Source of the DNA: Eledone cirrhosa
Taxonomy: Eukaryota
Reading direction: 5' to 3'
Assembly (NCBI GenBank): GCA_964016885.1
Contig: OZ024742.1
Location: 139,624,001-139,688,000, forward strand
Length of the DNA stretch: 64,000 nt
In this document: positions 52,964-64,000 of the stretch, piece by piece
Layout: each line of letters begins with the position of its first letter
Position numbering within the stretch: position 1 is the stretch's first letter
Notes under the pieces: model-generated
What the model was told of the DNA's origin: nothing
The model's database searches: none
What the model saw: only the letters and a program-made list of their open reading frames with translations
Made by a program: the position numbers and the translations under genes

Positions 52964-53612
52964 AGAGGGATCAGATGTTGTTTACTCGAGAGAAGGCTAC
53001 GTTGGTATGGTCACGTGATGCGCATGAAGGACGATAGATGTATAACAAAGTGCAGGGCAATAAAGATAGACGGTAGCCACGGAATAGGCAGACCTAGAAA
53101 AACCTGGGACGAGCTGATAAACTCTGACCTCACACACTTACACCTCTCCAAGACAATGTCACTGGACCGAGACCTTTGGCGGTACTCAGTAATAGAGAAG
53201 ACCCGCCTTACCTAAATACAAAGTAAAACCTACTACAGTCAGTAGGCATCTCTAACAAAATACCCCCCCCCCGTCCCACCACCCCCACCCCATCCACACC
53301 GCCCCCTTTCAATGTAAAGTTATGTTGGTGCCACAACATCCAGGCCAAACAAATGAGATCGTGTAGGTGTCACGTCAAAAAAACACACAGTTCACGCTGT
53401 AATGTGGCCGTGTAGGCAACACGGTAAAAACCTCCCAGCCCCACACTGTAAATGTGGTTGGTGTTAGGAAAGGCATCCAGCTGTAGAAAACCCGCCAGAT
53501 AGTCCTATGCGAGCAAGATAACCACTCTTGCCTCAAGTGGGAAAACCCTCCGTCCAAGCCCATGCAAGCATGGAACACGGACGTTAAACGATGATGATGA
53601 TGATGATGATGA
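52964..53612 (+). mobile_element. RTE LINE family B 3' fragment
   Basis: RLRWYGHVMR...GRPRKTW, 3' UTR and (TGA)n tail. Confidence 0.95.
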
Positions 53613-54066
53613 AGAAATATTTATACTATTCCACACACATATAATATATATATGTTATGTCGTCGACCACTGATTCCAACAACCAGCATTCTAGGCCAGC
53701 ACGTGACACCTGCGTTCTCAGCCATGGCACGCGCGACCTTGGAGTAGTTACCATGGAGATCTAGCCAGACACAGCCGAGTTCTTTGAATTTACAGACGAC
53801 AACTTTAAGACTGGCTTTTGGTGTTTTAACCAACTCACTGGGGCTGAGCATATAATATATATATGTGTGTGTGTGTGTTATATGTGTGTGTATGCGTGTG
53901 TGTGTGTGTGTTATATGTGTGTGTATGCGTGTGTGTGTATTATATGTGTGTGTGTTATATGTATGTGTGTGTGTATGTGTGTGCGTGTGTGTGTTATATA
54001 TATGTGTGTGCGTGTGTGTGTCTTATATATGGGTGTGTGTTATATGCGTGTGTGTGTGTATATATC

Positions 54067-54121
54067 TGTTAGAACACGAAAAGTGTGAAACAACAGAATG
54101 TTCACTTTTCGTGTTCTAACA
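54067..54121. repeat. Hairpin with perfect 19-bp arms in a TA context
   Basis: tgttagaacacgaaaagtg ... cacttttcgtgttctaaca. Confidence 0.7.
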
Positions 54122-54798
54122 TATATGGGTAACCTCTTCATAAATTTTCCGGGGATAGCCGTGGGGGTGGTGATCGTATGTCATTGGCTAATTTTCAACC
54201 AATCAGAGTAAGTGTTGATATATATATATATATATATATATATACTATTCCCCCTCTCTCTATATATATCTTACGCTTTCGCTTTACACTCCTCCCCTTC
54301 AATAACACATTTCCCCCTCTCTATATATCTCTTATACTGTTACACTTATATTTCCATTTATTTATTACCCCCTCTCTCTATATCTCTTCCACTGTTACTT
54401 ACGCCTGTTTCTCTCTATCTGTTCCGTCTCTATATATATCTCTCTTACTCTTTCGCTTTGCACTCCTCCCCTTCAATACCATCTCTCCCCCTCTCTATAT
54501 ATTTGTTACTCTATCGCTGCACGCTCCTCTCCTTCAATATATCAATTACACACTTACGCTGTACACTCCTTTATCCCCAGCGCCCCTATATATACACCCC
54601 CCCCCCCCGCGCATCTATATTTTAATGTTCCGTTGCACCGTGAATATATGTGTCTATATATATATACATATATATTGTATATACACATTCATGTATGTGT
54701 ATACACACTCATGTATGTATATACACTGGTTTTATGTGTGTATTGTAAATTTGTACTGTTAAAACACGAAACTAACATTCGATTGACACTTTGATTAC

Positions 54799-54847
54799 CT
54801 GTACAGGCAATAGTTATTAGAATGCTGTTGAAGTGTGTATATAACAT
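54799..54847 (-). CDS. Candidate first coding (signal-peptide-like) exon of the multi-CUB gene: MLYTHFNSILITIACT
   Basis: ATG, short hydrophobic run, CAG|gtaatc donor in phase 1 matching the acceptor at 43894; no independent support. Confidence 0.35.
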
Positions 54848-55279
54848 GCTTATAATATTGGTTGTATCATATTTACTTGTATATTTGTCTATATTGTTTG
54901 TTTTGTGTTAAATTATTTTATTATTATTATGTTGGATTATTTTTTTTATTATTATGTTAAACTATTTGGATGTAATATTTAATTTTTTTATTAATTCAAC
55001 TATAATAATCGACATATGAAATTTAAATCAACAATAGGAGAAAAAAAAATATCTTATTGCACAAACAATAATTCTGCACAAATGTTGCTCCATTATTAGA
55101 TCTAATGTTGCAACGATACAGTTAAATGTTGTCTGTGTATTTTAAAAAAGATTTGCTTATAATCTTTTCAAATTTCATTACGCCAATGATTCAAGCTCAA
55201 ATTGACATTATCTAAAAAATTGTACAAACAGCGGTGGATTAGCAGTAGTGAACAGATAAATCAGTCAATTTATTAAGAT

Positions 55280-55935
55280 TGACTTGGCATCAATCAGCAA
55301 GACCTTCATTAGCTGCTCTCCAGCCATCTATTTAAAGCTGTATACATCTATGGTACGAATACACTTGGAGTTCGCGTCATCAGTCTGGAACCCCTATCTT
55401 GCTCAGAACATTGACCTCCTGGAAACTGTTCAGAGACATGCAACCAAGCGCATACCCTCCATCAGACACCTACCATACCCTGAATATTTTGCTTCCCTCT
55501 GGCAATGGACTTGGTAAACACCCACAAAGTTATTAACCATCCGACCAACAACAACCCCGAACACCTTTTTGATCTCCATGTGTCTAACACGTGGACATGC
55601 CTACAAAGTCAGAAAACAACACAGCTCCCATGACTTTAGGAAATATTTATTCATGCTCAGAGTTGCTGAAGGATGGAACAAACTTCCTGCATCAGTTGTT
55701 AGCTGATGACACACTGCATCCTTTAAAACCATCATACATTCCGAAATACACCAAAACTACACCTGATGTCCCCCTTCCATACACATGCACATATGTGTAT
55801 ATCATGACTCATGCACTGTTCTTTTTTCCTGACGTTTTTATATTACCCTATGTATTATATATGCACTTTTGATGAGTTGTAGTGCACCTCAGCATTGTAC
55901 ACAATATTTTCATTATTATTATCATTATTATTATT
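55280..55935 (+). mobile_element. CR1-clade LINE 3' fragment
   Basis: LYTSMVRIHLEFASSVWNPY...LETVQRHATK; (ATT)n tail. Confidence 0.88.
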
Positions 55936-57127
55936 ACACTCATTGATCCATTTTGCACTAACTCTGCATCAAGCACCCTCACCTAAATATTAACCAATCA
56001 AGGATCCAATACAGCTATCTGTTGGATGAGTATTGTATAGTGCCAAAAACGAAACCAATCAGTTTAGCAGAAAGTTTCCAGACAAGAAACACGCATATTT
56101 TGCTATCCTCAAACACGTTTACACATGGCATGAAATATAACTAATCCGAGATGGCTAGGTTTCATCTTCTAACTGGATATACGAAATCCATTATGTCTTG
56201 ACAACAACATGAGGTAACATTATGTTATTCACAGACACACTTTGTACACTGTTCCATATCAGAATGTATTTCCTTCGTCACATTCACAAACAGTATTGAA
56301 AATATGTTCTTCGGCAAATAAAAATGTTTTGTTCATAATATTTCAACTAGCGATTGCTCTACTCCACGCACGACCACCATAAATTAATGACCAGCTCAAC
56401 ACAAGTATTGGTAGAGCGTCAGACACCATGCTTTGCAGTATTGTTATGGTCCTTTGCATTCTAAGTTCAAATCCTGCCGAGGTTAACTTCGACTTTCATA
56501 CTTACTAATTCGATAAAATAAAGTACCAGTAATGGACTGCCGTAATGGATTTGTGCCGAAAAATAGAAACATTATTAATGTGCAATAAGAGCAAAATATA
56601 ACGACATTGCTCAATTATTTTATCTAATGTTGTAATAACACAAGGAAATGTTGTTTGTGTATTTTTTTTTTATATTTGCTCATAGGCTTTTACAATTTCG
56701 CTCAGCCAACAACTATTAAAAAGTGAGTTGCTTAAGATAACAATTTAATCACAAATTGTTGCTATCTTTTAATACACTCCAACAAGTCATCAAATTATGT
56801 ACAATAAAAACAAATCTTATTAATTTGCTCAGGGAATATAAAGAAAATGTATATACACTGATAATTGCAATTGTATGTAAATATTTTGTTTTTGTATTGT
56901 TTATTTTATGTTTTCTATTATGTATAATATATTGATTTAATATTGATTGTTTTTTGTAGTTGTTTATATTAAAAGTCTGAAAATATTTTTATACATCGTA
57001 CACTAATATTTATAAGATAATTTATAATAACAATTACATAATCTAATTACATTACAACGATAATTTATTATTAATATATATCCTGTTTAACTAGAGTTAT
57101 TACAAGCGTTGCCTTAAAAAAATATTA

Positions 57128-58085
57128 AACTAGACATGAAAAATGCGCAAGCTCAAAAGTGCCACAGAATGTTATAATAAACCTTCAAAAGTGTGGGACT
57201 AGAGTTGTTGCTAAAAAATATTGTAATCATTATATATCGTACATTCTGTGGCATCCTTTATAAAAATAGCTTAAACCAACGAAGCCTTTATTTTTACGCT
57301 ATTTCACTTAGTTAATTCTTAGAGTGTAACATATAAAAATAAATACATCTATGTTTAATGTAATAACAGCTATAAATAATTACGTAATATTATTATCATA
57401 TACTCATAGTAACAAAATAATTGTGTTGAAAATTAATATGATGCTTATATGAACGATCAAATCTATAATGATAATTTCTTAAATATACTAATAGTAAAAT
57501 AATTTAGTTATCTATTGTTACATTTTCATAGAACTATAATATTAACAATCGTATTGCATTATCAAATTTTTATCACTACAAACTTTCATATTGGAATTAC
57601 CTTAAGCCACTTATTATTACTTCGCTTTCGTACTTTTACAGCTGTAGATATTGCGCTGTATCTTATATCTAATATCAATATCTCATGGTAATTTGCATGC
57701 AGTGTAAAATAGGTTTATTAATAACTTTAATATGAAATGTATTATACAGGGCTGCGGAGTCGGCCAAAAATTGACTGGCTCCAACTCAGGATCCGATACT
57801 CCATTATTTCCTAAATTTCAGCTCCGCAGCTCTGTTATTATATTAATTAATTTATTTTATAGTTGTAAATCATATTTTTATATGTTACACTCTAAGAATT
57901 AACTAAGTGAAATAGCGTAAAAATAAAGGCTTCGTTGGTTTAAGCTATTTTTATAAAGGATGCCACAGAATGTACGATATATAATGATTACAATATTTTT
58001 TAGCAACAACTCTAGTCCCACACTTTTGAAGGTTTATTATAACATTCTGTGGCACTTTTGAGCTTGCGCATTTTTCATGTCTAGT
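57128..58085. repeat. Apparently perfect inverted repeat of about 213 bp (57128-57341 and 57873-58085)
   Basis: actagacatgaaaaatgcgc... is mirrored with no mismatch seen by eye; right arm ends at a TA tract. Confidence 0.85.
57747..57834. mobile_element. 88-bp hAT-like MITE
   Basis: TIRs cagggctgcggag / ctccgcagctctg; 8-bp flanks gtattata / ttattata. Confidence 0.7.
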
Positions 58086-58094
58086 AATATATAT

Positions 58095-58144
<50 letters not shown>

Positions 58145-58344
58145 ATTATATATGTATATTATGTGTGTCTCTCTCTATATATATATATATATAGGTTTAA
58201 GTGTGTATGTGCGTGTGTATGTGTGTGTTAGCGTGTGTGCATATGTGCGTATGTATGAGTGTGTGTATGGTATGTGTGTGTTAGCGTATGTGTCTGTATG
58301 CGTGTGTGTCTGTCTGTGCGTGTGTCTGTGTGTATCTGTGTAAG

Positions 58345-58381
<37 letters not shown>

Positions 58382-58509
58382 AGGAATTCATAAGTTTCCT
58401 AAAATATGTCTGTATGCTTAATTTTTCTTAAAAATTATAAACTGGTTCTTCCTGTCAGAGATAATAATCTGATTTGAGAATAATGCATCTCAAAATATGA
58501 ACATGGGTG

Positions 58510-58540
<31 letters not shown>

Positions 58541-58623
58541 CTGTGTTTGTGTTTGTGTGTTTGTGTGTGTGTTAAATATATATCGACTAGCAGAAAACCA
58601 CCCACCGGGTGGTTTTCTGCTAG

Positions 58624-59432
58624 TCTATATATATAAAACTGAGGATGTCTGTCTGTGTGTGTGTGAGTTAGAATCCCTAAAACTTGAGAACCACCCAACC
58701 GACTGTTTTCAAACTTTACACATGTAATACTTGTTTCAGGGAATGTTCTGAGCAAAAAGAATTTCAAATTTTCAATGCCCTAGGGACCGCATTAGGCGAT
58801 TTAACGATCTCTCTCTATAATTCTTAGTCTTTCTCTTTTTAGATAGATACATACATATAACGTCGCATCCTTATAATATCTGGCTGTCTGCATTACGTCA
58901 CTTCCCTGAGGATGTGTGTGTGTGTGTGTGTGTGTGTGTTTGAATCCCTAAAACTCGAGAAGTACCCAACCGATTCTTTTCAAACATTACATGTGTATTA
59001 CTTGTTTCGGGGAGTGTTATGCACATAAAAAAATTCAATTAGGTGAAAACCTCTTTTTTTTTCAGTTATTTAGGGGTTATTTGAGGCGTTACGTCAGACC
59101 GATTTCCTTGAAATTGTAACTATGTATTAGTCAGTCTCTTTTTCATACCGTGAACAAAGAAAATCGAACTTTGTTATGGCCTAGGGCCCACATTAAATGA
59201 AAAACTTCATTTTTTCAGCTTTTTAGGGCTTTTGGGAGGCGTTACGTCTAGCCGCTTTTCCCGAAATTTCAAGGCATATTATGCACATAAAAAAAATTAT
59301 TTTCTTGATCCCCTAGGGCCCGCATTAGGTGAAAACATATTGTCCTGGCATGCAGTTTTTCCACGATTAGGTCTGCTGGCGGCCCGCGTTCCAAAATACC
59401 TTATCCCGTGCAACGCCGGGTACCACTGCTAG
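58624..59432 (+). mobile_element. Non-autonomous Helitron-like element
   Basis: TCTATATATATAAAA start; internal repeats; 3' hairpin cccgtgcaacgccggg and CTAG|T. Confidence 0.75.
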
Positions 59433-59823
59433 TATAATATATATTTCAATCATATTACACCATAAATTGCTCTATGAATCAGAGCTTCATTTGTAAAAAT
59501 TATATTTAGGTAAAATAATATATAGTTTTGTAAAACATAGTAAACAAAATATACATTTAAAGAAACACGTAATTCTACTTAGATAGCTACTTAGACCGCG
59601 GTTTCAGATGACAAAGATGAATGCCAATCACCATAATTAAAATAGTTAATTAGAAATTAAAACCGTCACCCTCTTCAGTCTTATGAAATATATTTTCAGC
59701 TTTTTCAACAAAATTCAAAAAAAGTGTCTTCTGTTGGTAACAACGTCAAGAAAGCGAATAAATTTACAGCCAAAATGCACATAAATGTTGTAAAAACCAC
59801 GTGCTTTCGCATCGGATTAGTCT

Positions 59824-60585
59824 TATAACGGCGGCGAAGATTCGAAACCGAATCTGAGCTTTCCCGCCTCTGGGACAAGCCGTGGTTAGTTGTTCACGCC
59901 CGGCAGACCAACCCCTTGGGAGATGCTAACCACAGGTCAGATGTTGTTTACACCTGGCAGAAAAGAGGTCAGATGATATATCCATCCTTTTAACTTCAAC
60001 CATTATAAATACAAGGGTTGTTTACGCCCGGCAGACCAACCCCTTGGGAGATGCTAACCACAGGTCAGATGATATATCCATCCTTCTAACTTCAACGAAG
60101 TTATAAATACAAGGATTTCTTTATGCCCAGCAGAAAAAGTGAGACCACAGATATGAGAGGAGGTATTTCACCAATGCTGTCAATACTCCCTTCACGAAAA
60201 ACTGTCTGTCCACTAATTTTTCACATGCCTTTCCCGCCTGGCTGATTGATTACTACTACTGCTAAGACAAAAACCTATACTAATACGCACACACGCACAC
60301 ATGGTAAGTTTACACTGCTTGCATTTTTATACGCACCATTTCTGTCTGTCATATTGTATCTTTCAGATACAATACAAATTATATTATAATAGTATTCTGT
60401 GATACTTGTATTTACGTGGCTCGACGAGCCACCAACTTATTGTACGAATATTCCATGTTATAGATTTTATCATTCAATATTCAAATTGAATATTGTTATA
60501 ATAAAATAAACATTGTAACAAAACAATCTTGGTATTATTCTTTGCATTGAAACCATCATACCAACAATTCCATCTATTCGTTACA
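59824..60585 (+). mobile_element. Solo LTR (Ty3/Gypsy-like), 762 bp
   Basis: Termini TATAACG (mutated TGTAACG) and CGTTACA; 4-bp GTCT duplication at 59820-59823 and 60586-60589; internal tandem repeats; AATAAA near 60500. Confidence 0.75.
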
Positions 60586-60693
60586 GTCTGCTAACAGTGG
60601 CCTATCTAGAATGTGTGCCACCCGAGGCAACCCTTCAGTTTGCCGCCTCTGGGCCCCACAAAAAATACATATTGCACAGTGACTCACTCTTAA

Positions 60694-60733
<40 letters not shown>

Positions 60734-60775
60734 AAAGAACACAAGAGCGTCTACAACATCAAAAGATTTTTATTG

Positions 60776-60820
60776 GCTTACAATGTTTCTTCCTTACGTA
60801 ACCGTAGGATTCGTCAGAGC
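60776..60820 (-). ncRNA. Minimal hammerhead ribozyme motif in a Penelope-like pLTR remnant (about 60740-61450)
   Basis: Minus strand GCT-CTGACGA-ATCCTACG gtta CGTAAGGAA-GAAAC-att-GTA-AGC, then AATAAA. Confidence 0.7.
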
Positions 60821-61779
60821 TATAAAAGGGGTTTGATTGGTGTTATGGACTCTACCAACCGAACATTCAAGAACAAAGAGTAAAGAGAGTAAAGAGCAAA
60901 AGTAGGGGACGATAAGTCTAATTTTGGTGCGGGAGGGTGGGGTGTGGGTCCTTGTTTACTAGCTGCGGTCATATTCATTCCCGGGAGTCGAGTGGTTAGC
61001 TGAACCATAGATGGTGTGGCGTCGATAGTATGGTGCAGAGGGTGTGCAGAGGCTACACAAACACAAAGGGCATACAATATATATATATATAACGGAGGAG
61101 AAAGTACATGAGGTAATTAGAAATGGAAAAAGAGTAATAATAATAATCTATAATTAATAGTGTATAATAAGGCATGGGGAAGATTACACTATAATAAGGT
61201 ATAAAAGTAAGAATAAGGTAAAATATAAAGGAGGATAAAAGTGGAAATAATAAAGATAAAAAAATTAAAAAAATATATATGTAAAAAAATATAGAGAGAA
61301 TATATAAAGAAATATAAGCGAATATTTGGAGGGGAAAACACAATGTAAAAAAACCCGATTTTTTTCAAATAAAAATTAAAATATTATAATTATGGGGGTA
61401 GAAAACGGGATAGAGAGATATGATCAAATGTGATTAGTTGAGAGAATATAAGATGATAATAGTTATATATATATATATATATAATGATATATATATATAT
61501 AATAGTTATATATATATATATATATTGATTCTTTTTGAATTTGCCACAGACGTAGAGGCAGTGATTTTCTCAATGGCTAGGAATTCAGTCCACGCTTCGC
61601 TATTTCCTATCCACTGAATTATTTTTTAATAAGTTTCCGGAGTCCTCGCCTTGCCTGGTATCTTGGATGAAAATAGACTTCCCTGACGACGGAATGCTTT
61701 TCTATATCTTCTTTTCTATATCTATCTTTAATGTGTATGTGGCTGAGCATTTTGTTGATATTATATGAGTTGCAACTCG

Positions 61780-61996
61780 AGGGCGGTGGATTGGCAGTAT
61801 CGGTAGAGGGTCGGACGCCATACTTTGCAGCATAGAATTACCGCCCTTTAAGATCTGAGTTCAAATCCCGTCGAGGTTAACTTTGCCTTTCATCCTTACG
61901 GGGTCGATAAAATAAAGTACCAGTCACGCACTGGGGTCGATTTAATCGACTTTCCCCTCCCCAAAAATTGCTGGCTTTGTGCCTATATAAGAAACC
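61780..61996 (+). mobile_element. tRNA-derived SINE
   Basis: TGGCAGTATCGG A box, GAGTTCAAATCC B box and conserved core. Confidence 0.88.
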
Positions 61997-62924
61997 AACA
62001 AAAACACGAAGTAACTGAAAAGAGAATTGGATACTACAGCATATACATAGGCGAAAGCGAACTAAAAACAAAAAACACGCATACACACAATTACCTCCTT
62101 ATTAATATCAAAATATACTGTTAATCATTGGTCGGTGAGAGGTTAAGTTATATAAACAACATACGGAACAAAGATGAAGAGATACGATCATATCAACTGC
62201 CGGAACATACACCCATGCTGTTCTACCAATACACGTATGTATTATTTCTATCTACTTTACATTTTCCACTCTACTTATTAAAACCAGCAAGCTGGCATTA
62301 AAACATATGGCTGTAATTTATATAAAAACGATGATCCAGGTCGTCATTTGTAAGGTTTAGTCAGTCTTGTCTCGGGATTCTTCATATTCCACTAATTCAC
62401 ACATGTACACCCGTTTACAGTAAATAAGCTATAAAAATATCGAAAGAGTAGGGTAAAAAATCCTTATAATAATCCTGATGTGTAGCGAAATCTACACTAG
62501 ATGAGAATTTCCATGATCTGATTGATATACTGACCTATAGCCCTGGCGAATTAAACAATTGTTAAACATTTTCTTTCGTTTTAAATGATGACTGGGTCAA
62601 TCAACATACCTCATATATAGCGAAGTCTAGAGTTATCATACACACACTCACTCATTCTCACTAAGACATTCACAAGGTAGTCAGGGATATGTATGTTCTT
62701 CTGGCTTTATAATTTTATAGATTTTTACCAATAGAGAGAGAGTCGGTTTCTAACATAGTTACAAGACTCTCTCATTGAAATTTAAACAACATCAACTAGG
62801 TAGATGTGTATGCATGTGTGTGTAGGTATGAATGTTAATGTATGTGTGGATGTGGATGTTTTGAGTTATATGTGTGCTTGTGCATATGCTTTGTATCTGT
62901 ACATGTGTGTATGCAGTTATTAGA

Positions 62925-63295
62925 TTCAACATTTTTGAAATGTTTTACATATTTTTACTGTTCCATTAATGGATTGTACTTGTAATTTCCTAACTAGTCG
63001 TGTTCTTTCTGTTTCTGTGAAGCCTAGCTTCTCAAGATTTGTATCGAGGCAGTTACAAACATACCCTAGTGCCCCAATAATCACAGGTATAGTCAGGGTG
63101 GAGTTACTGCAGATTTCTCATTCGTTCTGCATAGATATTCTCCTTTTCGCTGATATTTGATATTATATTGGCATCTGCTGGGCAGCTAACTTCCACCTCT
63201 GTGCATGCCTTCTTTTCCCTGTCCCATATCATTATATCTGGTCTGTTATGTTTGCATTTTATTGGGTTTTTGACTGGAACCAGTACTCCTTCATA
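62925..63295 (-). mobile_element. R4/Dong-like non-LTR element relic (restriction-like endonuclease domain)
   Basis: Manual translation: HNRPDIMIWDREKKACTEVEVSCPADAN..EKENIY / IPVIIGALG, with one stop and one frameshift. Confidence 0.75.
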
Positions 63296-63306
63296 TTATG
63301 TATGTA

Positions 63307-63705
63307 CTAGCAGAATGGCCCGGCGCTGCTCGGGATTTTCTCTAGGGTTCTTATATATTTGATATATATTTATCCTTATCAAGCCTCGTGAAATAAATAC
63401 GTTTGTTTATATTTTGTTATTGTGTATGCAAAAATATCTGTAGACAAATATATATATATATATATATATTAAAATAACAGATTAAAGTTTAAGCAAAGAA
63501 TGGCTGCTTTCACCCTTAAGGGGATATTCTGAAACTAAAAAAATCAATCTGTGAACGCAGAAATAATACAACTGGCTATCCGCAAAATACGTATAGTTAG
63601 CACCCCAAACGTATAATTGGGATTATACTAATGTATATCCTAATGTTTGTTGAGTGAGACGGAAGCCGGTCGGAGTATTGCTTAAAACTTTCTCTGTTAA
63701 TGTAT

Positions 63706-63764
<59 letters not shown>

Positions 63765-64000
63765 CATATACACACACACACACATATAGCGTCATAATGT
63801 CGTAATCAGCCAGACATACAAACAGATATTATAAGGGCGCAACGTTATATCTATATCTCTCTAAAAAGAAAGACTAAGAATTATAGAGAGAGATCGCTAA
63901 ATCGCCTAATGCGATCCCTGGGGCATTGAAAATTTGAAATAATTTTTTGCTGAAAAAACTCACAGGACCATAAGTATTACATGTGTAAAGTTTGAAAACA
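63307..64000 (-). mobile_element. Helitron-like element running off the window edge
   Basis: 3' hairpin and CTAG|T at 63307; 63880-64000 matches 58705-58820 in reverse. Confidence 0.65.

Noticed and set aside
53653-53855. Short solo LTR (TGTTATG...CATATAA) in a TA tract
   Set aside because: 3' terminus is not canonical and a TSD cannot be distinguished from the TA repeat.
57601-57641. 41-nt AG...GT-bounded minus-strand segment as an upstream CUB-gene exon
   Set aside because: Has TAA in the frame needed for a phase-1 join; it could only be UTR and there is no support.

Overview
AT-rich, microsatellite-laden animal genomic DNA. The repeat content resembles coleoid cephalopods (Octopus-like), but this is an impression and not a database match. 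The only host gene found is on the minus strand and is largely missed by the ORF track. Twelve GT-AG exons between 43894 and 10931 splice in frame to about 494 codons encoding four tandem CUB domains. Each domain uses the same three-exon module, and a possible signal-peptide exon lies at 54799-54847. Most of the rest is mobile DNA. There are nine copies or fragments of three related RTE-clade LINE families. Every copy spanning that region has a C4HC3 PHD finger inside the reverse transcriptase, and one copy is near full length. There are also Penelope-like elements with minimal hammerhead ribozyme motifs, non-autonomous Helitrons, many tRNA-derived SINEs, CR1, L1/Tx1 and R4/Dong-like LINE relics, a solo LTR and several palindromic MITE-like elements. 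All coordinates were read by eye. Splice sites should be exact; repeat boundaries are approximate.
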